64,000 nucleotides of DNA from an uncultured Nitrososphaeraceae archaeon (lineage in GTDB: Archaea; Thermoproteota; Nitrososphaeria; Nitrososphaerales; Nitrososphaeraceae), in contig CAWGVG010000036.1 of NCBI GenBank assembly GCA_963825865.1, positions 32,001 to 96,000 on the forward strand. The letters are read 5' to 3'. Below the pieces are notes generated by a model, which was not told the origin of the DNA, did not search any database, and worked only from the letters and a program-made list of their open reading frames with translations. Shown here piece by piece: positions 1 through 10,970 of this stretch; position 1 is the stretch's first letter; each line of letters starts with the position of its first letter. A program made the translations under genes and the position numbers.

Positions 1-720
1 ATAAGAGTATATCAGAAACCTACAGGACAATACTACTATTATTACTACTCTGTCAAATGATCGTTTAATACAATTGTATGACTCACAAAGAATATCCGAA
101 AGCAATCAAACACATGTTAGGATGCTCATCATCATCATCGTGATGAATCCGCTTATATTAGTGAGTTATACGATGGTGAATTCTCGATCTCATCTGACAA
201 GTGTCAATCTGCATATTATTGTAAAATCTACTTATTTCGACGCCTCTAAATCTTTCATAATAAAATTCTATAACAAAAATATATCACGGTCCTAATCTAT
301 CTATATTACATCCTGATAATACATTATTATATAATATTAATTATACAGTTACATCGAGATAATTTGGTCACAAGAATTAATGGCCGAGTAAAGGAATAAT
401 CTTTGCTATTGACAAAATCTAGTCCGATCTTCTAACAAAAGAATTGTTAACAAATTTGCTAGTAACAGACCATTATAAAACAAGATATCATTCAAATTAG
501 CAAAACTCGGTGCCAGTCTTGTAAGAAAAATTCGATAGTCATACAAGCAATTAGTTGTGATGTCATTGCTCATATTTAGAAATCTTATGCCTTTAATGAT
601 GTAATTTTCTTATGGAGACAATATTGATCAGGCGTATGTCGAGTACAACCATGCATATGGGAGCAATGCCGACATAGGTCACAATAAATGACCTTTCGAA
701 ATTTTTCAGTATTGGACCCA

Positions 721-1452
721 CTACATAGAGTTACGAGCTATAGCATATGACCTATCTTTAAAATTGCTCCTAGGACGCAGCTTCACAAAAATATCGTAAG
801 TTGCAGAATAATGATAGTAAGTGCCATTTTTAGCCTCAAAATAAATCTGATAAGGTTCATCCGAAGCTTGTAGTTCTCTTATGAGAATCCAATAACCATC
901 AGTCACAGCCTCGAAATAACTGGCTTTGAGCGCTTCCTCCCATTTATCTTTGAGAGGGCTCTTGTCTGATACAACTATTTTGAATAATTGAGATTCTACA
1001 CGATAATCTTTAAGGTTATTTACGATTGGTTCAGTATTTTCGTTGCCGATCTTGATGTACGAACCAATCTCCCAGCCACTATCGATGTCTTTTCTAGCAT
1101 AGTAGCGTAATTCTCCCTCAGTTTGCAATAATTTCTTTTTATCTTCTGGATTTTTGCACCCTGTCAGGAAATTTGCTTCTACCACCGGGAAGAAAATAGC
1201 AGTTTCCTCATAGATTTCAATTCTTTTATCGCCTGTTCTGTCATAATGTGTAGTGGTATTTTCTCTATATCCATTTTCTCGACCTTCAACTGGCAAATAA
1301 TCAACATTGGCTCGTAAAAAAATTATCGGATCATTTTTTGAATAACTATCTGGATCACTGGAAAGCACCCATTTCAACCATTCAGACGCCCATTCTCCAT
1401 AGGATCTGCCCCTAAAATTTTCATTAGGAGGAACTATATCGAGTTTTTTCAT
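721..1452 (-). CDS. Uncharacterised Trp-rich protein, paralogue 1 (most divergent, no signal peptide)
   Basis: Intact 243-aa ORF with YGEWASEWLKWVLS, AIFFPVV, YRVESQLF, AVTDGYWILI and terminal TYDIFV motifs, shared with three other ORFs in 2678-8503. Confidence 0.8.
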   Translation of the reverse strand: MKKLDIVPPNENFRGRSYGEWASEWLKWVLSSDPDSYSKNDPIIFLRANVDYLPVEGRENGYRENTTTHYDRTGDKRIEIYEETAIFFPVVEANFLTGCKNPEDKKKLLQTEGELRYYARKDIDSGWEIGSYIKIGNENTEPIVNNLKDYRVESQLFKIVVSDKSPLKDKWEEALKASYFEAVTDGYWILIRELQASDEPYQIYFEAKNGTYYHYSATYDIFVKLRPRSNFKDRSYAIARNSM

Positions 1453-1902
1453 AAAAAAAAAACTTTAATATGTCTTAATAAAGTTATACTTGTAGTGATT
1501 TTCTTCCAGGTCGATATGCGTTGAACATTTCTTATCGGTGTTAATTATCGAATCATTGATTGTGAAAAATAATGCTACGAGTTCATATGGAAAACGGATG
1601 CTTCACTTGTGATAAAAACTCGAATTGGTTCTAGGTCTTCAGAAGCTTTTGGAAAGTGACTTATACGATTGGAATCACCATATGTGGCATTTTAAACCAA
1701 TTACCTTTTTCATACTGGTATAACATTTTTTTATGATTTGATCCTGGCAACTACCGATCCAGAAGAAAAGCTGTTATTTCAAAATCTCTAGTTAAATAAT
1801 AACATAGGCATTAAAATGAAGGTTTTTAAAATTAGATGTAACCAATGTTAAGCGACATACATTTATAGTCGATCGAATAGTAGTAATTGGGTTTAGTACT
1901 AG

Positions 1903-2460
1903 TTGGGTGAACAAGCAAACGAGCTATTAATAAAAGGAAAGGAAGCTTACAATAAAGGTAATTACAAGGATGCTGAGCAGTACTATAAAAAAGCAATAGA
2001 GGATCCGGATCAGTATTATAAAAGATGTGCTTTAATTAATTTGAATGTTCTTTATGGAGAAGGAAGCCACGAATTTTCCAAATCTGTAGAAGTAAATCGA
2101 AAGCTATTAGAAATTGACGACAGTTCGGAGGCTAAGACAAATCTGGCAGAAAGTCTATTAAGGGATAGAAAGTATGAAGAAGCACGAAAGTATGCGTTAG
2201 ATGTTGTGAATGCGCCTAAACATACTATTGGTGAACGTGACGATACTGATATGTTATACCCTGATCATCTAGATGATAAAGGCTATAAAACCGTTAACAC
2301 ATTATTCACTTTGTGTTCATACTTATTGGAGGAAAATAATAACTTTAAAATTCCTGATGAAAAATGGCTATTTGTAGGACTAGCCAAATCGATAAATGAC
2401 AGCAATGCAAGTGACAAAACAAAAAAAGCATTACTTGCTGTTATAGATTCATTTAAATAA
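1903..2460 (+). CDS. Tetratricopeptide-repeat protein
   Basis: TPR-like helices KGKEAYNKGNYKDAEQYYKKAIE and AKTNLAESLLRDRKYEEARKYA. Confidence 0.7.
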   Translation: MGEQANELLIKGKEAYNKGNYKDAEQYYKKAIEDPDQYYKRCALINLNVLYGEGSHEFSKSVEVNRKLLEIDDSSEAKTNLAESLLRDRKYEEARKYALDVVNAPKHTIGERDDTDMLYPDHLDDKGYKTVNTLFTLCSYLLEENNNFKIPDEKWLFVGLAKSINDSNASDKTKKALLAVIDSFK

Positions 2461-2677
2461 ATATCAAATGAGTAAGCAATTAGAGAAGCTGATTCTCTTA
2501 TAACAGTATAGATGTTTAGGACTAAGGAAGTTAATATATGCTAATCTAAAGCTATTGTTATAAAACTAATTTGTCAGAACAATCAGTATTGCTTTACAAT
2601 ACCCAATCAGATGATATATTACATAACTGCTAACAGTGACTTCACATACATAGCCTAAGAGACATAATAGTGAAGGT

Positions 2678-3293
2678 TTAGCATTTTACTATTAGCTCTA
2701 TATTCACATCAATCTGAATCCTGCCAGATAAACATGAACTGGATGTCCTAATATTGTGTTTTCCTGGAGATAAAGGCTTAAAAAAGATCCAGTAGCCGTC
2801 TCCCACCCCTCTAGTTGACCCGTCTTTGACTCCATAAATGTTATTTGCCAGGAAAGGAAAAATCAAATGGCGGAGATTGCACCCGATGCTTTTCTGAAAT
2901 GAGCAAACTAGCACCGTCAATGTTAGCCTCTTTTTTTACAATATCATCAATATTGGATTTAGCATGTAAAATCATTTCATCCTCAGTTTTCAAACTAGGG
3001 TCTTCAGAATAAGATGTAGTGAAATTTATAACTGGAAATAATACTGCTTTTCCAGCAGGAATAGTAATAGTACGTTCAACCTTTCGAGCAATTGTGCCTG
3101 CCAGAAACAACACATTAGGATCTTCTTGGTTAATAGCCCACCTTTCACCAGTATCATCATAGGCTGGGTGATTTTTTTTTGGTATAGAAAGAAACCATTG
3201 CCACCACCTAGTTGTCCACTCCTGGCATGACTTATCAAAAGGTTTTTCATATAGGCTATACATTGTGGGTATGCTATTATCATTGTCAGTCAT
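2678..3293 (-). CDS. Uncharacterised Trp-rich protein, paralogue 2 (one frameshift)
   Basis: ORF 2841-3293 (EWTTRWWQWFLSIP, LFLAGT, IPAGKAVLFPVIN) continues in ORF 2678-2920 (NNIYGV, GVGDGYWIFFKPLSPGKHNI). Confidence 0.8.
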
Positions 3294-3545
3294 AGTTTAC
3301 CTCTCTACAAGAATAATAGTAGGTATTTTTGAACCGGCACGTTTTCGTCAATTGCATGTATTGTCATAAAGTTAGCCTAGTTATAAGCTCGATCTTTTTA
3401 ATTTCATTATCTTTGTAAAAGACACAACTTCCAGTAAATATTTTAGTTTTTAGTGCTTTATGAAACAATCCGCAAGAATAAACTTAAGCAATCTGGTAGT
3501 TGCCATTAATTGTTAAGAATAAGCAACCCTAGGTACAAATTAAAA

Positions 3546-4201
3546 TCATGATTGAGGCTTTATAGTTATGTGATACGTTACTTCTGTCTCAAAGTGTGGT
3601 TCAATACCATGGAAGTTTATTGTGTGATCTCCGTTGTTAAAAGGTTCAAAGAACACCCAGAAGCCATCAGATGAGCCTTCGTAGATCCAGCTCTAATATT
3701 CCAAACATTATTTTCCGGTAACGATAAGTCAAAAGGTCCAAACTGAATACGGTATTTGTCTAAATCATGCAGTTCCAACCCATCAATAGTTGCTTCAAGA
3801 ACACTCCAATGAACAATATCCTTCGCAGTATGGGAAATTAATTCTTCATCTGTTTTAATAGATGGTACTTCAGAATATGAGAATTGTGAAACAATTAAAG
3901 GAAATAAAATAGCCTTTTCACTTGGAATAATGCATTTACGTTCCGCCCAATGCATCTTGCCAGTTGTTCCAGCTAGGAACCATACAGGACCATTTTGCCC
4001 TTCAGCACATTTTTCACCGGTACTGTCAACAAGTGGATTATGATCTTTTGGAATTGATAAAGCCCACTGCCACCATTTAGCAGTCCATTCACCATATGGC
4101 AATCCATAAGGTTTAGAGTCTATTGGAAAAAGTTTTGGTGTGCAAACTGCATGTCTTGGCATTGAAGTTTTATCTGAATCTTCAGAAGTAAGTTCAGTCA
4201 T
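3546..4201 (-). CDS. Uncharacterised Trp-rich protein, paralogue 3 (one frameshift)
   Basis: YGEWTAKWWQWALSIP, GPVWFLAGTTG; the C-terminus reads in another frame as SDGFWVFFEPFNNGDHTINFHGIEPHFETEVTYHITIKPQS, stop at 3546-3548. Confidence 0.8.
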
Positions 4202-4399
4202 AAAATAAAACCTCCTTCTTCAAAGTCTTTAAGTCGTTGTTATTTTCCAAATCAGCTTACATTGTAATAAAGTACCTTATATCTAATTTGAGATACCAAA
4301 TTACCAGAAAAAACTCTAGGAAGTCTTCTGCAATAAGATTATGCCTGGGGTAATATAGACCAATAAGATAATTATAACTCTTCTTTCCAATATATCCTA

Positions 4400-5903
4400 A
4401 TGCAGATGTCAAAGAATAGCATTAGATTAGCAAAATTGATAAGAATCTATTCATATTTGTATGATAAATTGTTCAAGTCATCTTCACCATTATCATCATT
4501 ACATCTTAAGAGTAGAAATAAATATACTACAAATAATGGTAGTGCATCAACAAGAATAAAATCTGTGGAGGATACACTCACTGAAATTATTCCACTCTGT
4601 AAAAAAATTGGTGTAACAAGAATTTCAGATATAACGTATATGGACAAGTTGTATATACCTAACTATACTGCAATATTACCTGGCACAGAAGACTCAATAT
4701 GGGTTTATAGTGGAAAGGGACCAACAAAAGCACATGCCAAAGCAAGTGCATTAATGGAAGCAATAGAAAGATATTCTTCTCTTATCTAGTAATTATTCTA
4801 AAAGTTTTATTCAAGGAACTTATTTGCAGTTATCAAAATCATACAATAAAGTATTGCATCCTGATGAAGTAGTAGAACCTGTTAATCAGGCATATAATGA
4901 CAGAGATTCTATTATGGATTTCTTGCCAGGATTTGATTTACTAACTAATGAAAAGGTTTTGGTTCCAGCGCAGACTTGCATTATCCAAATATTCTGCAAA
5001 ACCTCCAGCTATCTGTGCATTTCCATATTCTCATACAAATGGACTTGCATCTGGCAATGTATTGGAGGAAGCTATATGTCATGCATTATGTGAAGTTATT
5101 GAAAGAGATGCATCAAGTATAGCTGATTTATGTGCATCTTCTATACCATATAGCTATCTTAGAAAAAATAAAAAATTCATTAAAAAAAGCAGAGAATGGC
5201 GAATATCCATGTCACTCAAATTCCTGCTGAAGATAAATTTGTAGACGATTCAAGTATTTTTCCAGATGTTGATATTTCTGAAATTGCAGAGGAGTTTGAG
5301 CCCATTAAATTTTTAGTCAAAAGATTTAGTGATGCTGGCATCCCTTTATTGATAAAAAATATAACACAAAAAGATATTGGCATTCCTACATTTGTTGCAA
5401 GCAGTATTGAATGGATAACCAGTAATTATGGATATTTCGCTAAAGGTTATGGAACACATCCTGATGCTAGAATTGCTTTAATACGCGCAATAACAGAAGT
5501 TTCACAAACAAGGGCAGGTAATATTCAAGGTGCAAGAGATGATTTAAAAAAAATACAATATAAAGAAAATGAGGAGATATACAAAAGAAAATGGCAATTT
5601 ATGCCTGCATCATCGTCATTGACTAGAAAAAATAACGGCAAAACTATTAAATTTTCCAAGATTAAAACGTATCTAAACAAAGATATATTAGATGATATCA
5701 AACTTATTTTAAATCGTTTAAAGAAGGCTGGATTAAAAAGAGCAATAATCGTTGATTTAACTAATCCTAATGTTGGAATACCAGTTGTAAGAGCAATAGT
5801 GCCAGGGCTTGAAACTTTTGAGGTTGCAAAATTATTTATGGGTAACAAAGCATTTATGGGTAGAAGAGCAAAAAAGCATTTTATGAGGATCTTGCGTTAT
5901 TGA
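4400..5903 (+). CDS. ycaO: YcaO-family ATP-dependent enzyme, TfuA-associated type, split by frameshifts
   Basis: Consecutive ORFs give [95 protein letters not shown]. Confidence 0.9.
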
Positions 5904-6055
5904 CAAATGACCGCATTACTATGAAGATTAATGAAAAATTAAAATCTGGTTCCCACCTGCTTATCAAAATCAGCTTCTAATTAAAAAGAGCGTAACATTC
6001 AAAATCTAGAAATGAAAAATTAACCAACTACACAGGTAAAATTTACCTATGTAGA

Positions 6056-6178
6056 TTAGTTATGCCCAAGCTCTTCTGTCACATTTCCAGGTGTTCTTAA
6101 TATGAGCGTTTTGTCAATAAAATCGATTGATGCTCTGCGGTTGATTAATGCTCTTAATGTTGCAACTGTTTTACGCAT
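6056..6178 (-). CDS. Small 40-aa ORF, candidate peptide (MRKTVATLRALINRRASIDFIDKTLILRTPGNVTEELGHN)
   Basis: Clean ATG-TAA ORF read by hand; AT-rich TATA-like AAAACTCTTATTAA about 20-35 nt upstream; convergent with YcaO. Confidence 0.45.
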   Translation of the reverse strand: MRKTVATLRALINRRASIDFIDKTLILRTPGNVTEELGHN

Positions 6179-6366
6179 GATACATATTCCATTATTGCAA
6201 TTAATAAGAGTTTTGGAAACTAAATTTTGTCGCTAGCAAAAGATCGCTCCTATTCTTAGGCCATTAATTCTTGCTACTTAACATAATTATAATCAAAGCT
6301 ATCAGCAGAATTGATTATTCAAGTTCCAATCATCTATAGATCAGGATCGTCTAATCTGTTGTTTTT

Positions 6367-7710
6367 TTATCTTCCTTCTTTTTTCACTTCTCTTATTACA
6401 AAGTCTACATATTTTTTCAATTCCTTTTCATCCAATTCTACTGGTTGCTCTGTTTCTATCTCTAATCTGGCTTTGTCCTGATCAATTTGTTTGACAGTTT
6501 TTTCAATTTCTTTCTCCATTTCTGCATGTCCTATTATGCCTAATAACTTTGATTCTAAGGCATGTTTGTGTATAGATTTACGCAATTCATTATTTGCTGA
6601 AACAAGTGTTGCTGAATTGTAGATTCCTAACAACATCAAAAATGCTGTTATAATCAAAACCGTTATTGTTGCAAGCCCGAAAGGAGGATAGGGGGCAAGA
6701 GTTTGTACCACAGCCTGATCTGCACCAAATATTAAGAATATTCCCCAGCCAGAGATAATCATGTATGTCTTTAAATTTTTCTCATAACTTATGATTTTAG
6801 ATATCTTCCAGAACGCGACTGCAAAGGTCAACCCTCCAATAGGTTTACTTAACGATAGAAACGTTGTCAATATGATGGAAACAGTAATAGGATCAATTGT
6901 TAGATACGAAATCATTATATCGGCGAAGATAAACTTGTAAAGGTAGTTTACTATAAAATAAATAAGTGGTATAGATAATATAATCCAGTAGGCTATGGCA
7001 TTAATTAATTTTTCTTTGTAAGAATTCATTAATAAGGCTGTTGTAATCCATATGCTAATAAATGACATAATAGAAGATATTGTGTAAATATTATCCAAAA
7101 ATACATATCTACCAAAAGATATGTCTACAGTGCCACCGATAAATTCTCGTGCCTCATCTGATCTGTCATTTACCTTGACAGTTGTAATAATAGCTGTCAC
7201 GACCAAGTTAGAAGCTATTAGTGACATTGATATAAAATACAGAAAAACTATCGAATTATGATTTGATCTGTACCAAGAAATGAACAGCATAGATAACCTT
7301 GTTATAAAACCTGCTGCTGTCCCATAACTTATAATAATGATGAAAATTGGGATTAATTCTTCATAGTAGTTATTATAGAAGAGCTGAAATATCAAGAATC
7401 CCATCAAGATCCCTGATACAAATAGCGAAATTAACGAAATTCTATACAACAGATTAACGTTTAACCTTTTATTTAATCGATCTCTTTTAAATGAGCTTTG
7501 TATGTACTTAATTATAACAAATTCTAAAAGTAGACACAACGAGGTATTTGCGATAAATAATATGAGCTTGCTTTGTTGAGTAATAAAAGATTTATTAACG
7601 AGATCGTAAACCTTAACAATAGAAGTGTCGATTACTAAGGTAACAATCAAACCAATCATAATACAGAGAAATTTTTTATAGTTAAAGGAATTTTCGTATT
7701 CTTGGAGCAA
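6367..7710 (-). CDS. Polytopic membrane protein with charged cytoplasmic C-terminal tail
   Basis: 447 aa, roughly 10-12 hydrophobic segments followed by a helical charged tail (ELRKSIHKHALESKLLGIIGHAEMEKEIE); divergent from the secreted paralogue with a 48-bp gap. Confidence 0.8.
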   Translation of the reverse strand: MLQEYENSFNYKKFLCIMIGLIVTLVIDTSIVKVYDLVNKSFITQQSKLILFIANTSLCLLLEFVIIKYIQSSFKRDRLNKRLNVNLLYRISLISLFVSGILMGFLIFQLFYNNYYEELIPIFIIIISYGTAAGFITRLSMLFISWYRSNHNSIVFLYFISMSLIASNLVVTAIITTVKVNDRSDEAREFIGGTVDISFGRYVFLDNIYTISSIMSFISIWITTALLMNSYKEKLINAIAYWIILSIPLIYFIVNYLYKFIFADIMISYLTIDPITVSIILTTFLSLSKPIGGLTFAVAFWKISKIISYEKNLKTYMIISGWGIFLIFGADQAVVQTLAPYPPFGLATITVLIITAFLMLLGIYNSATLVSANNELRKSIHKHALESKLLGIIGHAEMEKEIEKTVKQIDQDKARLEIETEQPVELDEKELKKYVDFVIREVKKEGR

Positions 7711-7758
7711 CTTTGATTAATAAAAATCAAGCTTAAAGATAATCCTTTTGTATTAGAA

Positions 7759-8503
7759 GTGTATTTTGGATATAGATTGAGGAAAATAGTAGGTTGTTTT
7801 ATTGCAATTTCTGTCTTGTATGCATTATTACTCCTGTCATCTGCAATGTCGTCATTTGCTGCTTATGCTGCAGTTACTAATTTAGTAAATATTTTTCCAC
7901 CAGATAGCAAGCCATATGGCTTATCGTATGAAGAACATATCAAAAACTTCTGGAGATGGGTGATATCACTCCCAAAAGACAAGAGTCCTTGGAATGATGC
8001 GACGGGAGCGAACTGCGATAACGGGCAATCAAAGACAAATTCATCAGTTTTTTACCTAAGTGGTAATGGAGGAGGTACATCTGATAGAACATGCAAAGTC
8101 CCAGCTGGGAAAGGTCTATTTATACCAGTTTCACCAATGGAGATTTCTGACAAGGAGGCTCCAAATAAATCAGTAGAGGATTTACACAAAATCTCAAAGA
8201 AAGATCAGGACAGTGTTACAAGCCTGTATCTTAAAATAAATGACAAGGAGTATAGCCGTGCAAGATCTTAGCAAGTATAGAACACATACAGGTGTTTTTG
8301 ATGTGACCTTTCCTAAAAATGCAATTTTCGGAGCTACTGAAGGCACTTCTAAAGCTGTAGCTGATGGTTATTACGTAATAACCCAACCGCTTGCAAAAGG
8401 CACCTACACCATTCCGTACAAATCAAGTTTGATATGTCCAGGAACAGATTGTCTGCAGCCTAATTTTGCCCAAGATGTAAAATATACCATAATTGTACAA
8501 TAG
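7759..8503 (+). CDS. Uncharacterised Trp-rich protein, paralogue 4, secreted (one frameshift)
   Basis: Hydrophobic signal peptide ending AAYA, then YGLSYEEHIKNFWRWVISLP, VFYLSG, RTCKVPAGKGLFIP; continues in 8240-8503 with YRTHT, AVADGYYVITQPL, VKYTIIV. Confidence 0.8.
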
Positions 8504-8670
8504 ATATAATTATATTATATTCCTCATAAGAGAAGTTTTTCGTCAATGTGTCATTTATTTAGGCTATTCCCCGTCTTGACGACTACTTTCTCTTTTTTAT
8601 GATTCTATTTCTTCTTGTATTAAATGTGCAGTATGTTGTTATCGTTATAGTTGTTGGCTATGTTTTTTGA

Positions 8671-9402
8671 TTAGAAAGTAACACACTGAAACCAGCCCCT
8701 AGCGATTCGAGCTACCTCTTCAAGCGTACCTGGCTCTTCGAATAGATGCGTTGCTCCAGGGATAACTACGAGCTTCTTCTTTTCTACCTCCTGCAAATGC
8801 TTCAACGCATCTTTATTCAAGTCAATTACATTGGTATCATTCTCTCCTACAATGAAGAGAGTTGGCGCTTTGACATTTTTCAAAGCTTGTGATCCAGCCA
8901 GGTCAGGGCGTCCGCCCCGTGAGACAATAGCGCTGATAGTATTGGCACGTTCTGCTCCTGCAATCAATGCTGCTGCAGCGCCAGTGCTAGCACCAAAGTA
9001 TCCAACAATAAGATTTTGAGTATCAGCTTGCTGTGCAATCCAGTCCGTGGCTGTAATCAACCTTTTGGCAAGCAGCGCGATATTAAATCGATGTTGACGA
9101 GTTACGAGATCCTCCTTTTCCTCTTCAACCGTAAGAAGATCAATGAGTAGTGTCGCAAGACCAGCATCTTGTAAAACTCGTGCAACGTATTGATTCCGAG
9201 GGCTATGCCGACTGCTTCCACTTCCGTGAGAAAATACGACTATTCCTTCTGCTCCGACCGGTATGGTCAAATGTCCTTCAAGTGTTGCTGCTGATGATGG
9301 TGTTGTCGTTATTACTGTTTCTATTGCAGTAGAAGCAGGTTCGTATCCGTCGACCGATATTCTAACTATAGCCTCACGACTTTTTTCTCGTCGTTCAATC
9401 AT
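8671..9402 (-). CDS. Dienelactone-hydrolase-like alpha/beta hydrolase
   Basis: FSHGSGSSRHSPRN, nucleophile elbow GYFGASTG, VSRGGRPDLA, IPGATHLFEEPG. Confidence 0.85.
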   Translation of the reverse strand: MIERREKSREAIVRISVDGYEPASTAIETVITTTPSSAATLEGHLTIPVGAEGIVVFSHGSGSSRHSPRNQYVARVLQDAGLATLLIDLLTVEEEKEDLVTRQHRFNIALLAKRLITATDWIAQQADTQNLIVGYFGASTGAAAALIAGAERANTISAIVSRGGRPDLAGSQALKNVKAPTLFIVGENDTNVIDLNKDALKHLQEVEKKKLVVIPGATHLFEEPGTLEEVARIARGWFQCVTF

Positions 9403-9471
9403 GAATTATATTACATCATTCCCTTTGCTTGCCATACTTATCTATATCTCTTCAAACTCTCAACTCTTAGG

Positions 9472-9710
9472 TTGATCTTTGCTAATTTTCAGGCTGTCAA
9501 CTTTCGGTTGAGCACCCAAAAAGATCAATCCTTTGGTAGCATTCAACGCTTCCTTTGCAGTAATTGCAAGCGAACCTTTTCTGTCAATATTGGCTTTGAA
9601 AAAATGAAGCATAATCCTCAAGCTGTTACTACAGCTATGCAACTATACTTCAGCGGTGAGTCTTTATGAAATACTCAAAGTTTATCAGGTTATTGGGTGT
9701 TCAAGTATCA
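9472..9710 (+). pseudogene. Transposase remnant (IS1/IS6-like Zn-ribbon and HTH region)
   Basis: IQRFLCSNCKRTFSVNIGFEKMK...AMQLYFSGESL, truncated. Confidence 0.6.
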
Positions 9711-10129
9711 TTTATGCAGGATGTTATGCACACAATCTGACAAATCTTGCAGGTTGGTTTACAGGCTTCTGATAAAGAGAAAGGAAACAATTGGTCTCTG
9801 TTGGTGACCACAAAGAGTTTATGGAAGGGACTAATCAACACTCATCAACCGAAAGTTGACAAGGTATTCATAACAACAAATCAACCGTAGAGACGACAGA
9901 GCCCTTCAAAGTAGTATTAAAATACGTAAAAATATGTATGTAGCAATGAACAAAACTTTTTCGGTTGTTAATCGACTGTAAGAACGAGTAAATTGGCTTA
10001 ACTCTCTCTCTAATATACACAATAATAAAGGACAGCTGAATCCAACCTAGAATTGATTTATTTAATTACCCAAATACTTTCTTTCTAGACACTGTTATAT
10101 TGTTATTATATAGATTAAAAATCATTTTC

Positions 10130-10970
10130 AGAACTCATCTGGAAAGTAATTTGATATATTACTCTAGATTCTCTCACTTGCTTACCTATAGCTTAGATCA
10201 TGTTTAATTCGTGCTAGTGAGATTCGAAGAGCTAACGGATGATCAGTGGAAGCTGTTAGTATCATCAATTCCAGTTCTTGTATGTCCTGCTGAGTGGATG
10301 TAGATGGATGGATATGCCTCCAACGTATGGCTCTTACAAAACAGTTTGGGAACGACACAAGAAGTGGAGTATCAAAGGCGTATGGAAAAATATTATGAAT
10401 TCCATGATATCACGTGGCTATACTTCTGGATTGATAAACATAGACGACCTATCTGTAGATAGTAGCATGTAGCAGCCAAGAAAGGGGGCAAGAAATAGGT
10501 TTTGATGGTCATAAGAGGATGAAGGGAAGCAAGATACATGTAGCAGTAACACCGAGATCTTTACCAATAGTAACAGGTTTGGGACCAGGAAACGAGCATG
10601 AAAGTAGAAAGCTCATTCCCCTTCTGAATGACATACAAATTAGGAATAACAATGGAAGACCCAAGAACAGACCAGAACGTATCTGGGCTGATACCAAGTA
10701 CCATACATTTCTAGTACTGACATACCTTTACAACAGACGTATTAGAGCCCAAATAAGAGAAAGGAGTAATACCAAACCAAAACAGGGTAGACCAAATATT
10801 TTCCTGTACCAGGACTATAGGAAAGTCAGAAGTAGTGTAGAAAGATTCTTTGGATGGCTCAAGAGCTTTAGACGAATCCAGACACGATATGAAAGATTAG
10901 CATCAACCTATCTAGGATTTATTCAACTTGGCTGTATAATGATACTAATGAGACTTTTCAGATGAGTTCT
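10130..10970 (+). mobile_element. IS5-family insertion sequence with 18-bp imperfect terminal inverted repeats
   Basis: Left AGAACTCATCTGGAAAGT (10130-10147) against the reverse complement of ACTTTTCAGATGAGTTCT (10953-10970), 17/18 match, enclosing a transposase. Confidence 0.85.
10217..10965 (+). pseudogene. IS5-family transposase, fragmented
   Basis: VRFEELTDDQW, YVLLSGCRWMDMP, GSKIHVAV, IWADTKY, VERFFGWLKSFRRIQTRYER; frameshifts and an apparent N-terminal internal deletion. Confidence 0.85.

Noticed and set aside
74-295. Short ORF-track entries antisense to or overlapping real genes (e.g. 74-295, 5525-5848, 12800-13135, 23024-23413, 53328-53720)
   Set aside because: No motifs; composition reflects the opposite strand or AT-rich intergenic DNA
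4400-5903. YcaO as azole/thiopeptide (LAP) synthetase
   Set aside because: No E1-like partner, flavin dehydrogenase or Cys/Ser/Thr-rich precursor nearby, and the C-terminus lacks the PxP motif
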